Shown here: piece after piece, positions 37,029 to 50,408 of the stretch
How the letters are laid out: every line of letters starts with the position of its first letter
Position numbering within the stretch: the first letter of the stretch is position 1
DNA from: Chiloscyllium plagiosum
Taxonomy: Eukaryota
Direction of reading: 5' to 3'
Assembly: GCF_004010195.1 (NCBI RefSeq)
Contig: NC_057719.1
Coordinates: forward strand, 5,882,570 to 5,944,252
DNA: 61,683 nucleotides
Program-made: the position numbers and the translations under genes
Notes under the pieces: generated by a model
The model's database searches: none
Seen by the model: the letters and a program-made list of their open reading frames with translations, nothing else
What the model was told of the DNA's origin: nothing

Positions 37029-38599
37029 ATCTGCAAACTTACTAACTGTACCTCTTATGCTCGCATCCCAATCATTTATGTAAATGACAAAAAGTAGAGG
37101 GCCCAGCACCGATCCTTGTGGCACTCCACTGGTCACAGGCCTCCAGTCTGAAAAACAACCCTCCACCATCACCCTCTGTCTTCTACCTTTGAGCCAGTTC
37201 TGCATCCAAATGGCTAGTTCTCCCTGTATTCCATGAGATCTAACCTTGCTAATCAGTCTCCCCTGGGGAGCCTTATTGAACGCCTTACTGAAGTCCATAT
37301 AGATCATATCTACTGCTCTGCCCTCATCAATCTTCTTTGTTACTGCTTCAAAAAACTCAATCAAGTTTGTGAGACATGATTCCCCACGCAGAAAACCATG
37401 TTGACTATCCCGAATCAGTCCTTGCCTTTCCAAATACATGTACATCCTGTCCCTCAGGATTCCCTCCAACAACTTGCCCACCACCGAGGTCAGGCTCACT
37501 GGTCTATAGTTCCCTGGCTTGTCTTTACCGCCTTTCTTAAACGGTGGCACCATGTTTGGCAGCATCCAGTCTTCTGGCACCTCACCTGTGACTATCGATG
37601 ATACAAATATCTCAGCAAGAGGCCCAGAATTCACTTCTCTAGCTTCCCACAGAGTTCTCGGATACACTTGATCAGTTCTTGGGGATTTATCTACCTTTAA
37701 CCATTTCAAGACATCCAGCACTTCCTCCTCTGTAATCTGGACATTTTGTAAGATGTCACCATCTATTTCCCTCTATTCTATATCTTGCATATCCTTTTCC
37801 ACAGTAAATACTGATGCAAAATATTCATTTAGTATCTCCCCTATTTTCTGTGGCTCCACACAAAGGCCTCCTTGCTGATCTTTGAGGGGCCCTTTTTTCT
37901 CCCTAATTACCCTTTTGTCCTTAATATGTTTGTGAAAACCGTTTGGATTCTTCTTAATTCTATTTACTAAAGCTACCTCATGTCCCCGTTTTGCCCTCCT
38001 GATTTCCCTCTTAAGTATACTCCTACTTCCTTTATACTCTTCTAAGGATTCACTCAATCCATCCTGTCTGTACCTGACATATGCTTCCTTTTTCTTAACC
38101 AAACCCTCAATTTCTTTAGTCATCCAGCATTCCCTATACCTACCAGCCTTCCCTTTCACCCTGACAGGAATATACTTTCTCTGGATTCTTGTTATCTCAT
38201 TTCCGAAGGCTTCCCATTTTCCAGCTGTCACTTTACCTGCGAACATCAGCCTCAAATCAGCTTTCGACAGTTCTTGCCTAATACTGTCAAAATTGGCCTT
38301 TCTCCAATTTAGAACTTCAACTTTTAGATCTGGTCTATCCTTTTCCATCACGATTTTAAAACGAATATAATTATGGTCGCTGACCCCAAAGTGCTCCCCC
38401 ACTGACACCTCATTCACCTGTTCTGCCTTATTTCCCAAGAATAGGTCTAGTTTTACACCTTCTCTAGTAAGTACATCCACATACTGAATCAGAAAATTGT
38501 CTTGTACACACTTAACAAATCCCTCTCCATCTAAACCTTTAACACTATGGCAGTCCCAGTCAATGTTTGGAAAGTTAAAATCCCTGACCATAACTACCC

Positions 38600-39486
38600 N
38601 NNNNNNNNNNNNNNNNNNNNNNNNNNNNNNNNNNNNNNNNNNNNNNNNNNNNNNNNNNNNNNNNNNNNNNNNNNNNNNNNNNNNNNNNNNNNNNNNNNNN
38701 NNNNNNNNNNNNNNNNNNNNNNNNNNNNNNNNNNNNNNNNNNNNNNNNNNNNNNNNNNNNNNNNNNNNNNNNNNNNNNNNNNNNNNNNNNNNNNNNNNNN
38801 NNNNNNNNNNNNNNNNNNNNNNNNNNNNNNNNNNNNNNNNNNNNNNNNNNNNNNNNNNNNNNNNNNNNNNNNNNNNNNNNNNNNNNNNNNNNNNNNNNNN
38901 NNNNNNNNNNNNNNNNNNNNNNNNNNNNNNNNNNNNNNNNNNNNNNNNNNNNNNNNNNNNNNNNNNNNNNNNNNNNNNNNNNNNNNNNNNNNNNNNNNNN
39001 NNNNNNNNNNNNNNNNNNNNNNNNNNNNNNNNNNNNNNNNNNNNNNNNNNNNNNNNNNNNNNNNNNNNNNNNNNNNNNNNNNNNNNNNNNNNNNNNNNNN
39101 NNNNNNNNNNNNNNNNNNNNNNNNNNNNNNNNNNNNNNNNNNNNNNNNNNNNNNNNNNNNNNNNNNNNNNNNNNNNNNNNNNNNNNNNNNNNNNNNNNNN
39201 NNNNNNNNNNNNNNNNNNNNNNNNNNNNNNNNNNNNNNNNNNNNNNNNNNNNNNNNNNNNNNNNNNNNNNNNNNNNNNNNNNNNNNNNNNNNNNNNNNNN
39301 NNNNNNNNNNNNNNNNNNNNNNNNNNNNNNNNNNNNNNNNNNNNNNNNNNNNNNNNNNNNNNNNNNNNNNNNNNNNNNNNNNNNNNNNNNNNNNNNNNNN
39401 NNNNNNNNNNNNNNNNNNNNNNNNNNNNNNNNNNNNNNNNNNNNNNNNNNNNNNNNNNNNNNNNNNNNNNNNNNNNNNNNNNNNNN
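38600..39486. other. Assembly gap (N run)
   Basis: N characters. Confidence 1.
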
Positions 39487-41954
39487 TTGGTTCCAATGTG
39501 GACAATGACCTCTTGCTGGCTCCTCTCCTCCGTGAGAACATTCTGCACCTTCTCTGAGACATCCTTGATCCTGGCAACAGGGAAACAACACACCATTCTG
39601 CTTTTTCTCTGCTGGCCACAGAAACGTCTGTCTGTATCTCTGACTACAGAATCCCCTAACACAATTGATCTCTTGGAAGCCGACGTACCCCTTGTTGCAT
39701 TAGAGCCAGTCTCCATACCAGAAACTTGGCTGCTCATGTTACGTTCCCCTGAGAATCCATCACCCCCTACATTTTCCAAAACAGCATACCTGTTTGAAAT
39801 GGGTATATCCACAAAAAAGTCCTGCACTAGCTGCCTACCTCTCACCCTTCCTGGAGTTAACCTCTTGTAAGTGTCTTATTAGATCTTCCCTCAACCTTCT
39901 AAACTTTAATGAATACAATCCCAGGATCCTTAGCTGATCATCATATGTTAGGCCTCCCATTCCAGGGATCATTCATGTGAATTTCCACTAGACATGCTCC
40001 TGTACCAGTATGTCCTACCTGAGGTGTGGGCCCAAAATTGGACACAGTATTCTAAATGGACCTAACTAGAGCTTTATACAGTGTCAGAAGCGCATCGCTG
40101 CTCTTATATTCCAACCCTCTTGCGATAAGTAAATAAATTGATGAAGGGCTTATGCCTGAAACGTCGACTCGCTTGCTCCTTGGATGCGGCCTGACTGCTG
40201 TGCTTTTCCAGCGCCGCACTTTTCAACTCTGACTCTCCAGTATCTGTGGTCTTCACTTTGCCCTAGTAGTTGTCATAGTGTGGTAGTAGGTTTGTGGACT
40301 GTCACAGATAGGATAAGGCTGCATCTATGCTGAAGACAATGTGGGGGAGTGGTTAAGGAGTAAAGTGATAGGTGGGCAGAGAAAGACAGTTGGGCATACA
40401 AAATGATAAATAATGGTAAGCAAGGAAGGAACAAAAACCTGCTAATCGGGATCATAAGTAGATGGAAATGGGTTGCCTGTGCTGAAAGAAGCTCATGTTA
40501 GACAAGGGTAGGTAAAAGATATGGCACTGTGCTGTCATCAAGACTGCCTGCTACCATTCTTGTGGCTTCAACTGTCTCTGCTTTATCTCAGACCATCTGC
40601 TGAAATCCTCATCTGTGCCCCATTACAAATTATATTAACAATTTAGACTTTGGAATCAAAACCATAATTTCTAAATGGAGCAAATGTAGAAGTGTGGGAC
40701 AATGGGCAGCAAGATTCTGGTAATTCCCTGGTCCGTTGTAATCCTTTCTGCTCCAGCCCAGGTTGTCTTTGGTCAGCCTGTTTTTGTTTTTAACGTCCGG
40801 TCATATCTATTCTACTGTCATTCTGGTTGAGGTATAGCTGGTTGATGAGACTTAGATATTGCAAGTCTCAAGTTGTGTCTCCATCACAATGGACAGATGC
40901 CTCTGACCAGGGTCCAGTCGCATTTCTTCATTAGTGATGTCTCTCAATGTGATACCCAGGATCTTGATTATGCAATGTTGATCTAAGATGTTTTACTTAG
41001 TTGACACCTTTGTTATTCTGTTCCATATCTTACCAGCATGGATTGCAGGGGATACTGCAAAGGGCACCTAGGGTTGCAACTTGTCAGCAATGATGACAAT
41101 GTTAGAAGCCCAAACCATGTGAACCATTTAAGGGGAAGCTGACATTTTATTTTAAGATATTTGCTCATGGGAAGTGGGCATTGCCAGCATAAATTGCCTA
41201 TTCCTAATGGCCCTTGAAAGACAGTAATGAGTTCCTGTCTGAACTGCTGCTGTCATTGGAATACAGTATGAGGGTACCTACAATGCTGTTAAGAAGGGAA
41301 CATCAGGAATTTGACCCAGTGACAGTAAAGCAACAGTCATATATTCCCAAGTCAGGATGGTATGGGGCTTGGGATGGAATTTGCAGGTGGTAATTTTACC
41401 ATGCATCTGCTGCCCTTATGCTTCCAGCTGGTAGACGTTTGGTCCAGGTTGCTGTCTGCTGAGCCTTTGGTAGGTTACTATGGTGCATTTTGTAGTTGTT
41501 GACATGCTACTGCACATTGGTGGTGATGGAGAGGCAATCAAACTGCAAGCTTTTCTTCTGGTGTCAAGCTTCTTGTGTTACAGCTGTACCTATTCAATTA
41601 AGTGGAGAATATTCCTTCACATTCCTGACTTGGCCTTCTAGAGGCAGGCTCCGGGAGCACATTTGGTCATGGCATGTTCCCAGCCTCTAACCTGCGTTTG
41701 TATTTTGTATGGCTAGTTCCGATTTTAGTCAGTGGTAATCCCCAAGATATTGATAGCAAGGACTTCAGCAAGTGTACTGCCACTGAACATCAAAGAAAGA
41801 TGGCTGGCTTCATTATTGCTGTAGATGGTCGTTGTCTGGCACTTGGGTGGAGTAAATGTTACCCGCCAGTTAAGACCAGAAGATATATTGGCCCATTGAG
41901 TCTGATCTGCCCTTCAATCATGGCAGGTATATCAACAGCCCAAGCCTGCATGAT

Positions 41955-42183
41955 GGAGACAGTGAGGACTGCAGATGCTGGAGATCAGAATTGAGAGTGT
42001 GTTGCTGGAAAAGCATAGCAAAGTCAGGCAGCATCTGAGGAGCAGGAAAATCTTCGTTTTGGACCGGAGCCCTTCATCAGGAATGAGGGTGCCCGTTCCT
42101 GATGAAGGGCTCTGGCCAGAAACGTCGATTCTCCTGCTCCTCAGATGCTGCCTGACCTGCTGTGCTTTTCCAGCAACACGCTG
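41955..42183. mobile_element. Fold-back PLE terminal element with degenerate hammerhead cores on both strands
   Basis: Inverted arms. Imperfect TSD CAAGCCTG..TGATG at ~41941-55 and ~42185-99. Confidence 0.8.
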
Positions 42184-42735
42184 TCAAGCCTGTCTGATGC
42201 CCAGGCCTTGCTGCATATGCTTCCAAGCCATTTGAGTGCTTGAGTTATGAGTGGTGCTGAATATTGTGCAATCATCAAATAATTTACTACTGACCTGAAT
42301 GATGGAGGGAAAGTCACTGATAAAACACCTGGAAGTGATTGGGGCCAGGACACCACCATCAAGAGGTCCTGGAAATGATTGAAATGGTGGAATTTGAATC
42401 TGTATGCGGTAAAAGTAAGACTGTTAACTGGAAGTTGCAATAAGCCAGCTTCTATGCAGACAGGTGGTGTGTGTGGCATTTATTCAGTATCTAGAAGCTG
42501 AATTAAAATAGAAGGGTGAAAGATTACAGATGAAACAACATTGAGTCTAACTTTGCCCTTGGAGGGATAATGATGTTATTGCCCTTCTATTTTAAGGAGT
42601 AGCACAAAAGTGTGTTACAAATGTTGCTATCCTTAAGTTACTGTCCTAAACTAGATTGAAACTAAGTCCAAATTAGATGAACTAAGGACCTAGTTAAATT
42701 TTTCTCTTTGTTTAAGTGTTTAATCACTCCTCCTA

Positions 42736-43059
42736 CTTGCGGAACGTTTCAGAGAACACCTCTGGGACACCTGGACCAACCAACCCAACCACCCCGTAGC
42801 CCAACACTTTAACTCCCCCTCCCACTCCACCAAGGACAGGCAGATCCTTGGACTTCTCCATCGCCAGACCATGGCAACATGACGGTTGGAGGAAGAGCAC
42901 CTCATCTTCTGCCTGGGAAACACTTTCCTCATTCCTGAAGAAGGGCTTATGCCCGAAACTTCGATTCTCCTGTTCCTTGGATGCTGCCTGACCTGCTGCG
43001 GTTTTCCAGCAACACATTTTCAGCTCTGATCTCCAGCATCTGCAGACCTCACTTTCTCC
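42736..43059 (+). mobile_element. 5'-truncated Neptune-like PLE: GIY-YIG C-terminus plus hammerhead-bearing terminus, TSD TCACTCCTCCTA
   Basis: LAERFREHLWD..NQPNHPVAQHFNSPSHS..RLEEEHLIF. TSD at 42724-35 and 43060-71. Confidence 0.85.
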
Positions 43060-45011
43060 TCACTCCTCCTAATGCCTCCTTTGGTTCAGTGTTAGCTTTT
43101 GCTTGAATACTCTTTTGTGTCCAATACAAATGGGGAGGTGGTGATGTAGTGATAATGTCACTGAATTAGTGACCCACAACAAAGGTGAATTTTCTGAGGA
43201 TGTTGGTACAAATCCCACCATGGCTGACAGTGAAATTTAAATTCAATAAAAAACTGGAATAGAAAATAAGTTAACGTAATGGTGACCACTTAACCAGTGG
43301 ATTGTTCTTAAAAACAAAATTTGGTTCACTCATCAATTATCCCTACCTGGTCCCACAGCAATGTGTTAGATTCTTAACCGCCCTATGGGCAATAAATACT
43401 GATCTAGTCAGCGATCCCAACATCCCATTAGTAAATAAAGAGCGGAGAGTTTGTATTGCACAATCTTTGTGGCTAAGGACCAGGAAACTTTCCAAATGAT
43501 CAGAGCAATGTTATCTTCCGTTGGCTATGTAGAAGTAAAATGGTTCACTGTGTGTGCGCCTGGGTTGGGGTGTGACCAGAACAGGAGGAGTGGATGGAAT
43601 TGGCCATTGTTTTGTTTATTGATCTGTGTTCAGTTACACCTTCTGGATTATATGAAGTCAAATGAGTAATGTCACATAAAAATTACCACTTGAGTGAAGT
43701 TATAGAAAGGACAGCATTGTCGTGGAGAAGAAAATCAGAAATTTACAGTTCCTCATCTCAAAAACAGCATTTTTGTTTGCAAGTCCCATTTTTATTCTTT
43801 TAATTACAGTTACTTAAAATAATCCATCACCTCCACAATTAAATTGTCAGTACAATTGTATGTAACACTTGGCCTGCCACTGCACTGTATATGTGTTGAA
43901 CCAATTTGAATGTAGTCCTGTCTGTGTTTTTAATTTCCTGACCCATTTCCCGTTCTACATTTCAGCTTGTAGTTATGCTGGCAGATGTGGAATTCCATTA
44001 GCTGGGAGCCCCACTTCCACTGCCTCAATATGCCTTATCCCCTTGCCAGCCAAATATTGAAGTTGTCATCATAAGGAAAACATAGGCACCTTGAGCTTGT
44101 TTTATCTTTCATTGAGGCCATGGCTGATCTAACTCCATCTTCTTTGCCCCAGGGTTGTTCATGCCTTCAGCTAAAAGAAACGTAGGAATCTCAGATTTAA
44201 AAATTAACAATTGACCCAGCAGAAAATAAATGGAACTCTGTCATCACTGAATGCATGTACCATTTCACTTGGAACATTGGAACTCTACAGAGTTGAGGAG
44301 CATTGACTAACTTATTTATTCTAGGGGTATTGGACTTGCCAGCAATGATGCACAAATCCATCTCGAAGGTTCATGATCTCTCTGACCTTCAAACCTGACA
44401 TGCAGTAGGTTTGTCACCTGAACCAAAGTTTGTTAAATTTAAAGTTGAGGTTCCAAAGCGTATAGTTAAGTTTCAAATCTCTTACTCTTTGATGTCTAAA
44501 CTTAAGATGTTAATGTTTGCTTGGTGGTAGAATTCTGATCTGAGTTAATGAATAAGAGGCAAAGTCCCACAACAAAGACTGTGCCACAAAATCTAGCCTG
44601 ACAAGCCACTCTTGTGCTGCACGATTGGAGGTGACATCATTGATTGTGCAGTTAAACTGATTCTTCACTTCCTCCGCTGGGTGGATGTTAAAGATTCCAT
44701 GACAATATGTCATACGAGAAAAGGGGCAGTTCTTCTTCCCACCCCCCTCCCCACACAAACACATACATTGTTGAATGTTTATCTCTCAATAGACGTAAGT
44801 AAAAGAGATTAACTGGCCATTTATCTTATTGCAGTCCTTGTCGATGCTGTATGTAGAAATTGGCCACTGCATATGCCACGTTTTTACATGAGCAGTGATT
44901 GCACTTCAAACATTGTAACTGAACACAGGAAGTGCTGGACAAACAGATCTTGCAGCATCTCCCATATGTGGAGAGACAAACAGTTAACATTTCTGAAATC
45001 CAGTGACTGTG

Positions 45012-45330
45012 ACAGAGTCATACAGCACAGAACAGATCCTTTGGACCAACTTATCCACACTGACCAGACATCTCAATCTGACCTAGTCCCATTTGCCAGC
45101 ATTTGGCCCATTTCCCTCTAAACCCTTCCTGTTCATATACCCATCCATGTGCCTTTTAATTGTTATAATTATACCAGCCTTCACCACTTCATCTGGCAGC
45201 TCATTCCATACACGCACCACCCACTTTAAAAAAGTTAAACTTCTTTTTAAATCCTTTTTAAATCTTTCCCCTCTCACCTTAAACCTGTGCCTTTAGTTTT
45301 AGACACCCCCAGACTTCAAAAAAGACCTAT
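45012..45330 (-). mobile_element. CR1 3' end fragment
   Basis: VVRVWNELPDEVVKAG...KRHMDGYMNRKGLEG (ORF 45083..45277). Confidence 0.85.
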
Positions 45331-45769
45331 TCTTCAGAACTATTGCCAAAGCTGCTGAGTTTTTTTTAGTAATTTCTGGGTTTTTTTCCCCTGACCTTTA
45401 ATATGCACAGTGTTTTGCTCAAGTTATCAATTGTCTATAAAATACCTTGAGACAACCTGTAATTGTGGAAGTCATGGTAGAAGCGTAAGTCTTTTATCCT
45501 TCTCTAAGTTGGCCATTGCTTGTGACTTGAGAGGGTTGAAGCCAGGGAAGTAGCTGTCTTATACCATGTCTTTGAAGCATTTAACTAAAGGCAAAATACT
45601 GCAGATACTTGAAATCTAAAGCAAACACAGAAAGTGCTGGAGAAACTCAGCAGATCTGGTAGCATCTGTGGCGAGAGAAGTGGAGTTAACATTTCAAGTC
45701 AATCCTGAAGAAGAGACACACCATACTCAAAATGTTAATGCTGTTTCTCCCTTGAGATGCTGAATACTG

Positions 45770-46940
45770 GTGCTGGGTTACAGGTTAGCACAAGTGCCAC
45801 AGTGGAGGCTGATGTTCAGTAGTATACCACAGGGATTGGTAATAGGTCCCGTATTGTTTGTGATATGTATAAATGTTGTCGGTGAGAATGTGTGGGGGCT
45901 GATAAGTTTGCAGATGACTTGAAGATTGTCCAGGTGGTTGACAATGAGCCAGAAAGTGTCAGGTTACAGGAAGATGTAGACTAACTTGTCAGATCAGTGG
46001 TAGAATTAAACTGATAAGTGTGAGGTGATGCATTTGGTAGAAGTAACAAGGCAAGGGAGTACTTGATGAATGGCATGATGCTTAAAAGCTCAGAGGAACA
46101 AAGGGATCTTTGTGTGTTGGTCCACAAATCCCTGAAGGTGGCAAGGCAGGTTAATAGTGCAGTTCAGTCATATGGAGATCTGCCTTTATCAGTCAAAGCA
46201 TGGATTATAAGAGTAGGCAGGTCATGTGGAGCTGTACAGGCCACAACTAGAGTTCTAGTCACTGTACTGTAGAAAGGATGTGATTGCCCTGGAGAGGTTA
46301 CAGGGGAATTTCCTGGGACAGAATGGATTAGCTATGAAGACAAAGGCTGGACAAGCTTGGAAACAAAAACAGAAGTTGTCAGAAAAGCTCAGCAGGTTTG
46401 GTAGCATCTGTGAAGAGAAATCAGAGTTAATTCTGGGGAAGGGTTACCAGACCCAACTCTGATTTCTCTTCACAGATGCTGCCAGAGATCTGCTGAACTT
46501 TTCCAGCATTTCTGTTCTTGTTTCTGATTTACAGCAACTGCGGTTCTTTCAAATTTTATTTGGATAAGTTTGGGTTGTTTTCTTTGAAGCAGAGAAGGTT
46601 GGGGGAGACTGATAAAGGTGTATAAGATTATGAGGGGCATGGGCAGGGTGAATAGAAAGCACTTGTTCCCCTTAGTTGAAGGATCAGTAACGAGAGCATA
46701 ATTTTAAGGAAGTTCAGAGGGAATTTGAGGAAAATATTTTTCGCCCAAAAGGTGACGATCTGGGATGCACTGCCTGGAAGGGTAGTCGAGGTGGGAAACC
46801 CCACAACCTTTTACTTGAATGAGTGTTTGAAGTCATAACATTCAAGTCTATGCACCTGTTGCTAGAAAGTGAATCTTGTGTAGTTTTAGAGATACAGACT
46901 TGGTAGGACAAAGGGGCTCATCTATATTCTATGAATCTGT
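45770..46940 (+). mobile_element. Decayed CR1 RT to 3' end, interrupted by an older PLE hairpin (46362-46550)
   Basis: GTATACCACAGGGA...AAGTTTGCAGATGAC motifs and ORF 46063 (EEQRDLCVLVHKSLKVARQV). Confidence 0.75.
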
Positions 46941-47279
46941 GGTTCTAAGTAATGGCTGGGGCAAATGAGTATCATTTGGGTACCTTTGGGTTATTCAACA
47001 AGCTTATCCAAATAATAATTTAATACCCACTCCTATAATATTTAATACCATGCCTGAATGGCACATTCTAAGTCATGCAGCTCCAGATGTAGAGCTGTGG
47101 GATTTCTCAGTTACAATCATGGCCTGAACTAGAGTCTCATCAGCTTTAAATAAAATTTCCTGGTCAGTTTTGCTGCATTATGGTTTGACTTGTGTTTTCA
47201 GCACCATGTTTAAAAAGAAAACTACTGTGTTTTTTAAAAAAAAAAATCTGAAAATCCTAAAGCACTAGCAAGTTTGAGA

Positions 47280-47740
47280 AGATTTGTAGCTCAGTTTGAT
47301 GATAAGTATATGTTAGCTCGCTGAGCTTGAAGGTTTGTTTTCAGACGTTTTGTCACCATACTAGGTAACATCATCAGTGAGAGTTTCCAGTGAAGTGCTA
47401 GTAGTATATCCTGCCTCTCTATTTATAGGTCTTGGTTTCTTAAGGTGGGTGATGTCATTTCTGGTTTTCTTTCTTTGAGTTATATCCATTTGACGTCAGG
47501 TGAATGTAAATACATGAATGTAGGTTTGCTCGCTGAGCTGGAAGGTTCATTTCCAGACGTTTCGTCACCCTACTGGGTAACATCTTCAGTTGGCAAAGCC
47601 CTGCTGATAATTCCTGCTTTCTATTTATATATTTGGGTTTCTTTGGGTTGGTGATGTCATTTCTTGCAGTGACGTCATTTCCTATTCTTTTTCTCGGGGT
47701 GGTAGATGGGGCCTAACTCAATGTGTTTGTTGATAGAGGA
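47280..47740 (-). mobile_element. Two tandem Poseidon-like PLE terminal repeats
   Basis: Repeated GCTCGCTGAGCT.GAAGGTT...CAGACGTTT.GTCACC.TACT.GGTAACATC.TCAGT at ~47316 and ~47528. Confidence 0.72.
47553..47593 (-). ncRNA. Minimal hammerhead ribozyme motif in a Poseidon-like terminal repeat
   Basis: Minus strand CCAA-CTGAAGA-T-GTTACCC-AGTA-GGGTGAC-GAAA-CG-TC-TGG: 7 bp stem II, intact core, GTC triplet. Confidence 0.72.
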
Positions 47741-48024
47741 TATACATGAATTAAAACATGGTAATTGAGGAAACCTGTAAGAAGCATCCATAGGGATGAA
47801 AGAGGTCTGCAATTCTAGGGAGGGAATGCAAGTTTTTATTCATGTCATTATAGCAGATTTGGGTGAGCAGTTGGATTCACTGGCTGTCTTCAATAATCCG
47901 AATGTCTGTCTTCTAAAGGAATTAATTGAATAGCCCTTTGCAAACCCGTTTGGGCTGAAGAGCTTCTTTCTGTGCAGCAAATTACTGTGATATATTAAGG
48001 GTAACCTTGCTTTCTTTTTCATAG

Positions 48025-48141
48025 ATTGCTGTTCACCAAAGTAAAACTGGAATCAGTATGCAGGGGTCCTGATGAAGCTTTGCTCACCTGCAAGCACATG
48101 CTTCAGATCTGGAAGTCATGCTACAAACTCACAAACCCCAG
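48025..48141 (+). CDS. TTC7B: TTC7B internal coding exon ((V)LLFTKVKLESVCRGPDEALLTCKHMLQIWKSCYKLTNP(S))
   Basis: Polypyrimidine + TAG acceptor, GTACGT donor at 48142. Phase-compatible with the previous exon. Matches TTC7B LLFSKVKLQSLCRGPDEALLTCKHMLQIWKSCYNLTNPS. Confidence 0.95.
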
Positions 48142-48692
48142 GTACGTGAGTGAGAGGACCTAGCTTGAATCTTTGATCCGAGAATATCTAGGAAAGCAAT
48201 GGAAAGTGGATAAAGGAAATTAATTAATACAATTTGTATCATTTTCAAAGAAGAAAAACTGAGGTACCAAATGAAAGATTTGTGCTGGTACATGAAGTTA
48301 GGGGGAATAGGTTAACCTGGATGATTGAACTGACAAAACAAAGTCTCAAGGATAGCAGTGTGCTTGTCACATTGGGCTCTTTGTTTGGGCTGTCCTTATT
48401 TACATTAAAATAGAAAGCATAACAACCTGTACTCATACCATAAATTGTGAAGACATGCAAAAGAATATGTGTAGACTAGCAGGATGTTCAGTTCGGTTGC
48501 AATTACATGTAGAGAATTGTGATTTTTTTTTTCCATTTTGGAAACATGGATACGAAAAGGTACACTTAATGCATAAGTTTTTAAATAAAAAAGACCGGGA
48601 AAACTGACACTGCAGCGAATGAAGGCCATAAAAACTGGCATATGGAATCCTTGAATTTGCATGTAGCATGTGATGATGATGCTCCTTTAACA

Positions 48693-49307
48693 AGGTTATG
48701 TTGTCCTTGTTTTATTTTCAGGAGGTCTTAAAAACACAGGTTCCAAAAAGCCTGGACTTGGGTGGTTTTTCGTGCCAATTTGATTATAGCTAACAGATAG
48801 TGCCTCAGTCAAAAGGCTTTTAAGTTTTAAAAAATACTTCTACAATGAAAGAGCCAGTTCTCCCAGCTCAGCTCTTCTCTGGTTTGGTTTGGCTATTCAC
48901 TGAAAGCAATCAGACAGTTGAGAAAGCTGCTGGGCCCAAAGAAGCAGGTCCAGACTGATCCTTCTCTCTCTCTGATATCTCTCCTGTAAGATCTTGTGTT
49001 TGATTTTACCTTTTGTGTCAAGAGCGTGTTTATGGGGATTCTTGCAAGTATTTGGAACAGCACTAAATTGGGATGATCTATTGGGTTTTCGGATAGGTTA
49101 AGTTATTCAGTATTCTGTTTTCTTTTGTTTGTGTTTCATTCAGTCATCTTCTAAATAAATTCTGTTTTTATTTTTAAAAACAGCGTGGTTTGACCCACTG
49201 CATCCCTCCTGGAATATCCATGTTACACCTGCTAAAAATGACTAGCAAAGTTAGAGTCTGGGCTACTTCCTTGAAATGTTTTGAGGGGGTCTGGCCTGGT
49301 CCATAAC
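48693..49307. mobile_element. Probable solo LTR
   Basis: ~615 bp with termini GGTTATG...CATAACA (near-inverted, TG...CA like) and an internal AATAAA. Confidence 0.45.
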
Positions 49308-50096
49308 AAGCAACCTAGAATAAGTATGTTGTGATACAGTTAGAATATTAAGTATATTTGGATAATCCATCATTGAAAAGATATAGAAAATCAAAACAAC
49401 TTAATGTCCCAAAAATGTAAACTGATTACTGTAATGAAGAAAAACTTTCAAGGTTTCATGATCGGATAGCAGTCTTTCAGGCTGGAAGCTTCATGATGGG
49501 CTAAATGATGACTGATTGCTTCCATTTGTTGAAACCTCCAATGGCAAACTATAAAATCGGATTCATAAATATGCTGCTTTAGGGATGGATTGGCACAAGA
49601 GAAAATCACAATAAAATCTGTCAAACAATCATTAAATGCCCAATGTGTCCTGGGCCCAACCATTTTCAGCTACTTCATGAATTATCTTCCCTCCATTATA
49701 TGGTTGACTTTAATGTGATCTAAAAAGCCAATCAAAAACAATTGGTCTCAAGAAGATAGTTCATTTCTATCTTCTCAAGACTATAATAGATGGATAATAA
49801 AAGCGACCTTCTCACTCTCACTGTAGGGATTATATGTTTAAATATGTAGCTACTTGGAAAAAGGTAACATTGATGTGTGGGACAAACATTTCCAGACTTG
49901 ATGATCCAAACCGCCTCTTATGTTTCTTCTTTATCATATTATGGTTATGGGTGTTGCTTGCAAGGCTAGCATTAATTGCCTTTGAACTGAGTGGTTTGCT
50001 AGACCATTACAGAAGGCAGTTGAATTAACCATGCTGCTGAGGGACTACATGTAGTCTAGACTTGATAAGGATAGCAGATTTCTTTACCCTTGAGGA

Positions 50097-50408
50097 TGGC
50101 ATGGTGGCTCAGTGTTTCGCACTGCTGCTTCACAGTACCAGGAACCTGGGTTCGATTCCATCCTCGGGTGACTGTCTATGTGGAGTTTGCATGTTCTCCC
50201 TGTGTCTGTGTGGGTTTCCTGTGGGTGCTCCGGTTTTGTCCCTCAACCAAAAGATGTGCAGGTTATGTGCATTGGCCATGCTAAAGTGTTCATAGTGTTA
50301 GGTGTATCAGGCAGGGGTAAGTGTAAGGGAATGGTTCTGGGTGGCTTACTCTTCAGAGGGTCGAAGAGCCAGTTTCCACATTGTAGGGAATCTAAGCGAA
50401 TCTAACCC
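50097..50408 (+). mobile_element. HE1-type SINE, diverged
   Basis: Head, V-domain and tail similar to 7080-7402. Confidence 0.82.

Larger units (their letters stand above)
36363..39862 (-). mobile_element. Long CR1 LINE (ORF1 esterase, APE, RT), spanning two assembly gaps
   Basis: 39488-39845: SIVLGDSVVRDTDRRFCG...CFP.ARIKDV...VIVHIGT (SGNH esterase ORF1). 37773-38598: DFNFPNIDW...SDH (APE). 37029-37721: [16 protein letters not shown]...[20 protein letters not shown]...FAD (RT). Confidence 0.95.
36004..40130 (-). mobile_element. CR1-type LINE 3' fragment (36004-36362 and 39864-40130) split by a younger CR1
   Basis: (TAAGACCA)n tail at 36007-36022. Sequence continues after 39864. Confidence 0.7.

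Noticed and set aside
36357..39870. Very long ORFs (up to 690 aa), and likewise at 59761-60924
   Set aside because: Artefacts of N runs. Only the CR1 and PLE-derived flanks are meaningful.
43940..44060. Possible extra TTC7B exon after a TTTCAG acceptor
   Set aside because: No similarity to TTC7B that I recognise, it hits a stop, and exons 34958-35118 and 48025-48141 already join in frame.
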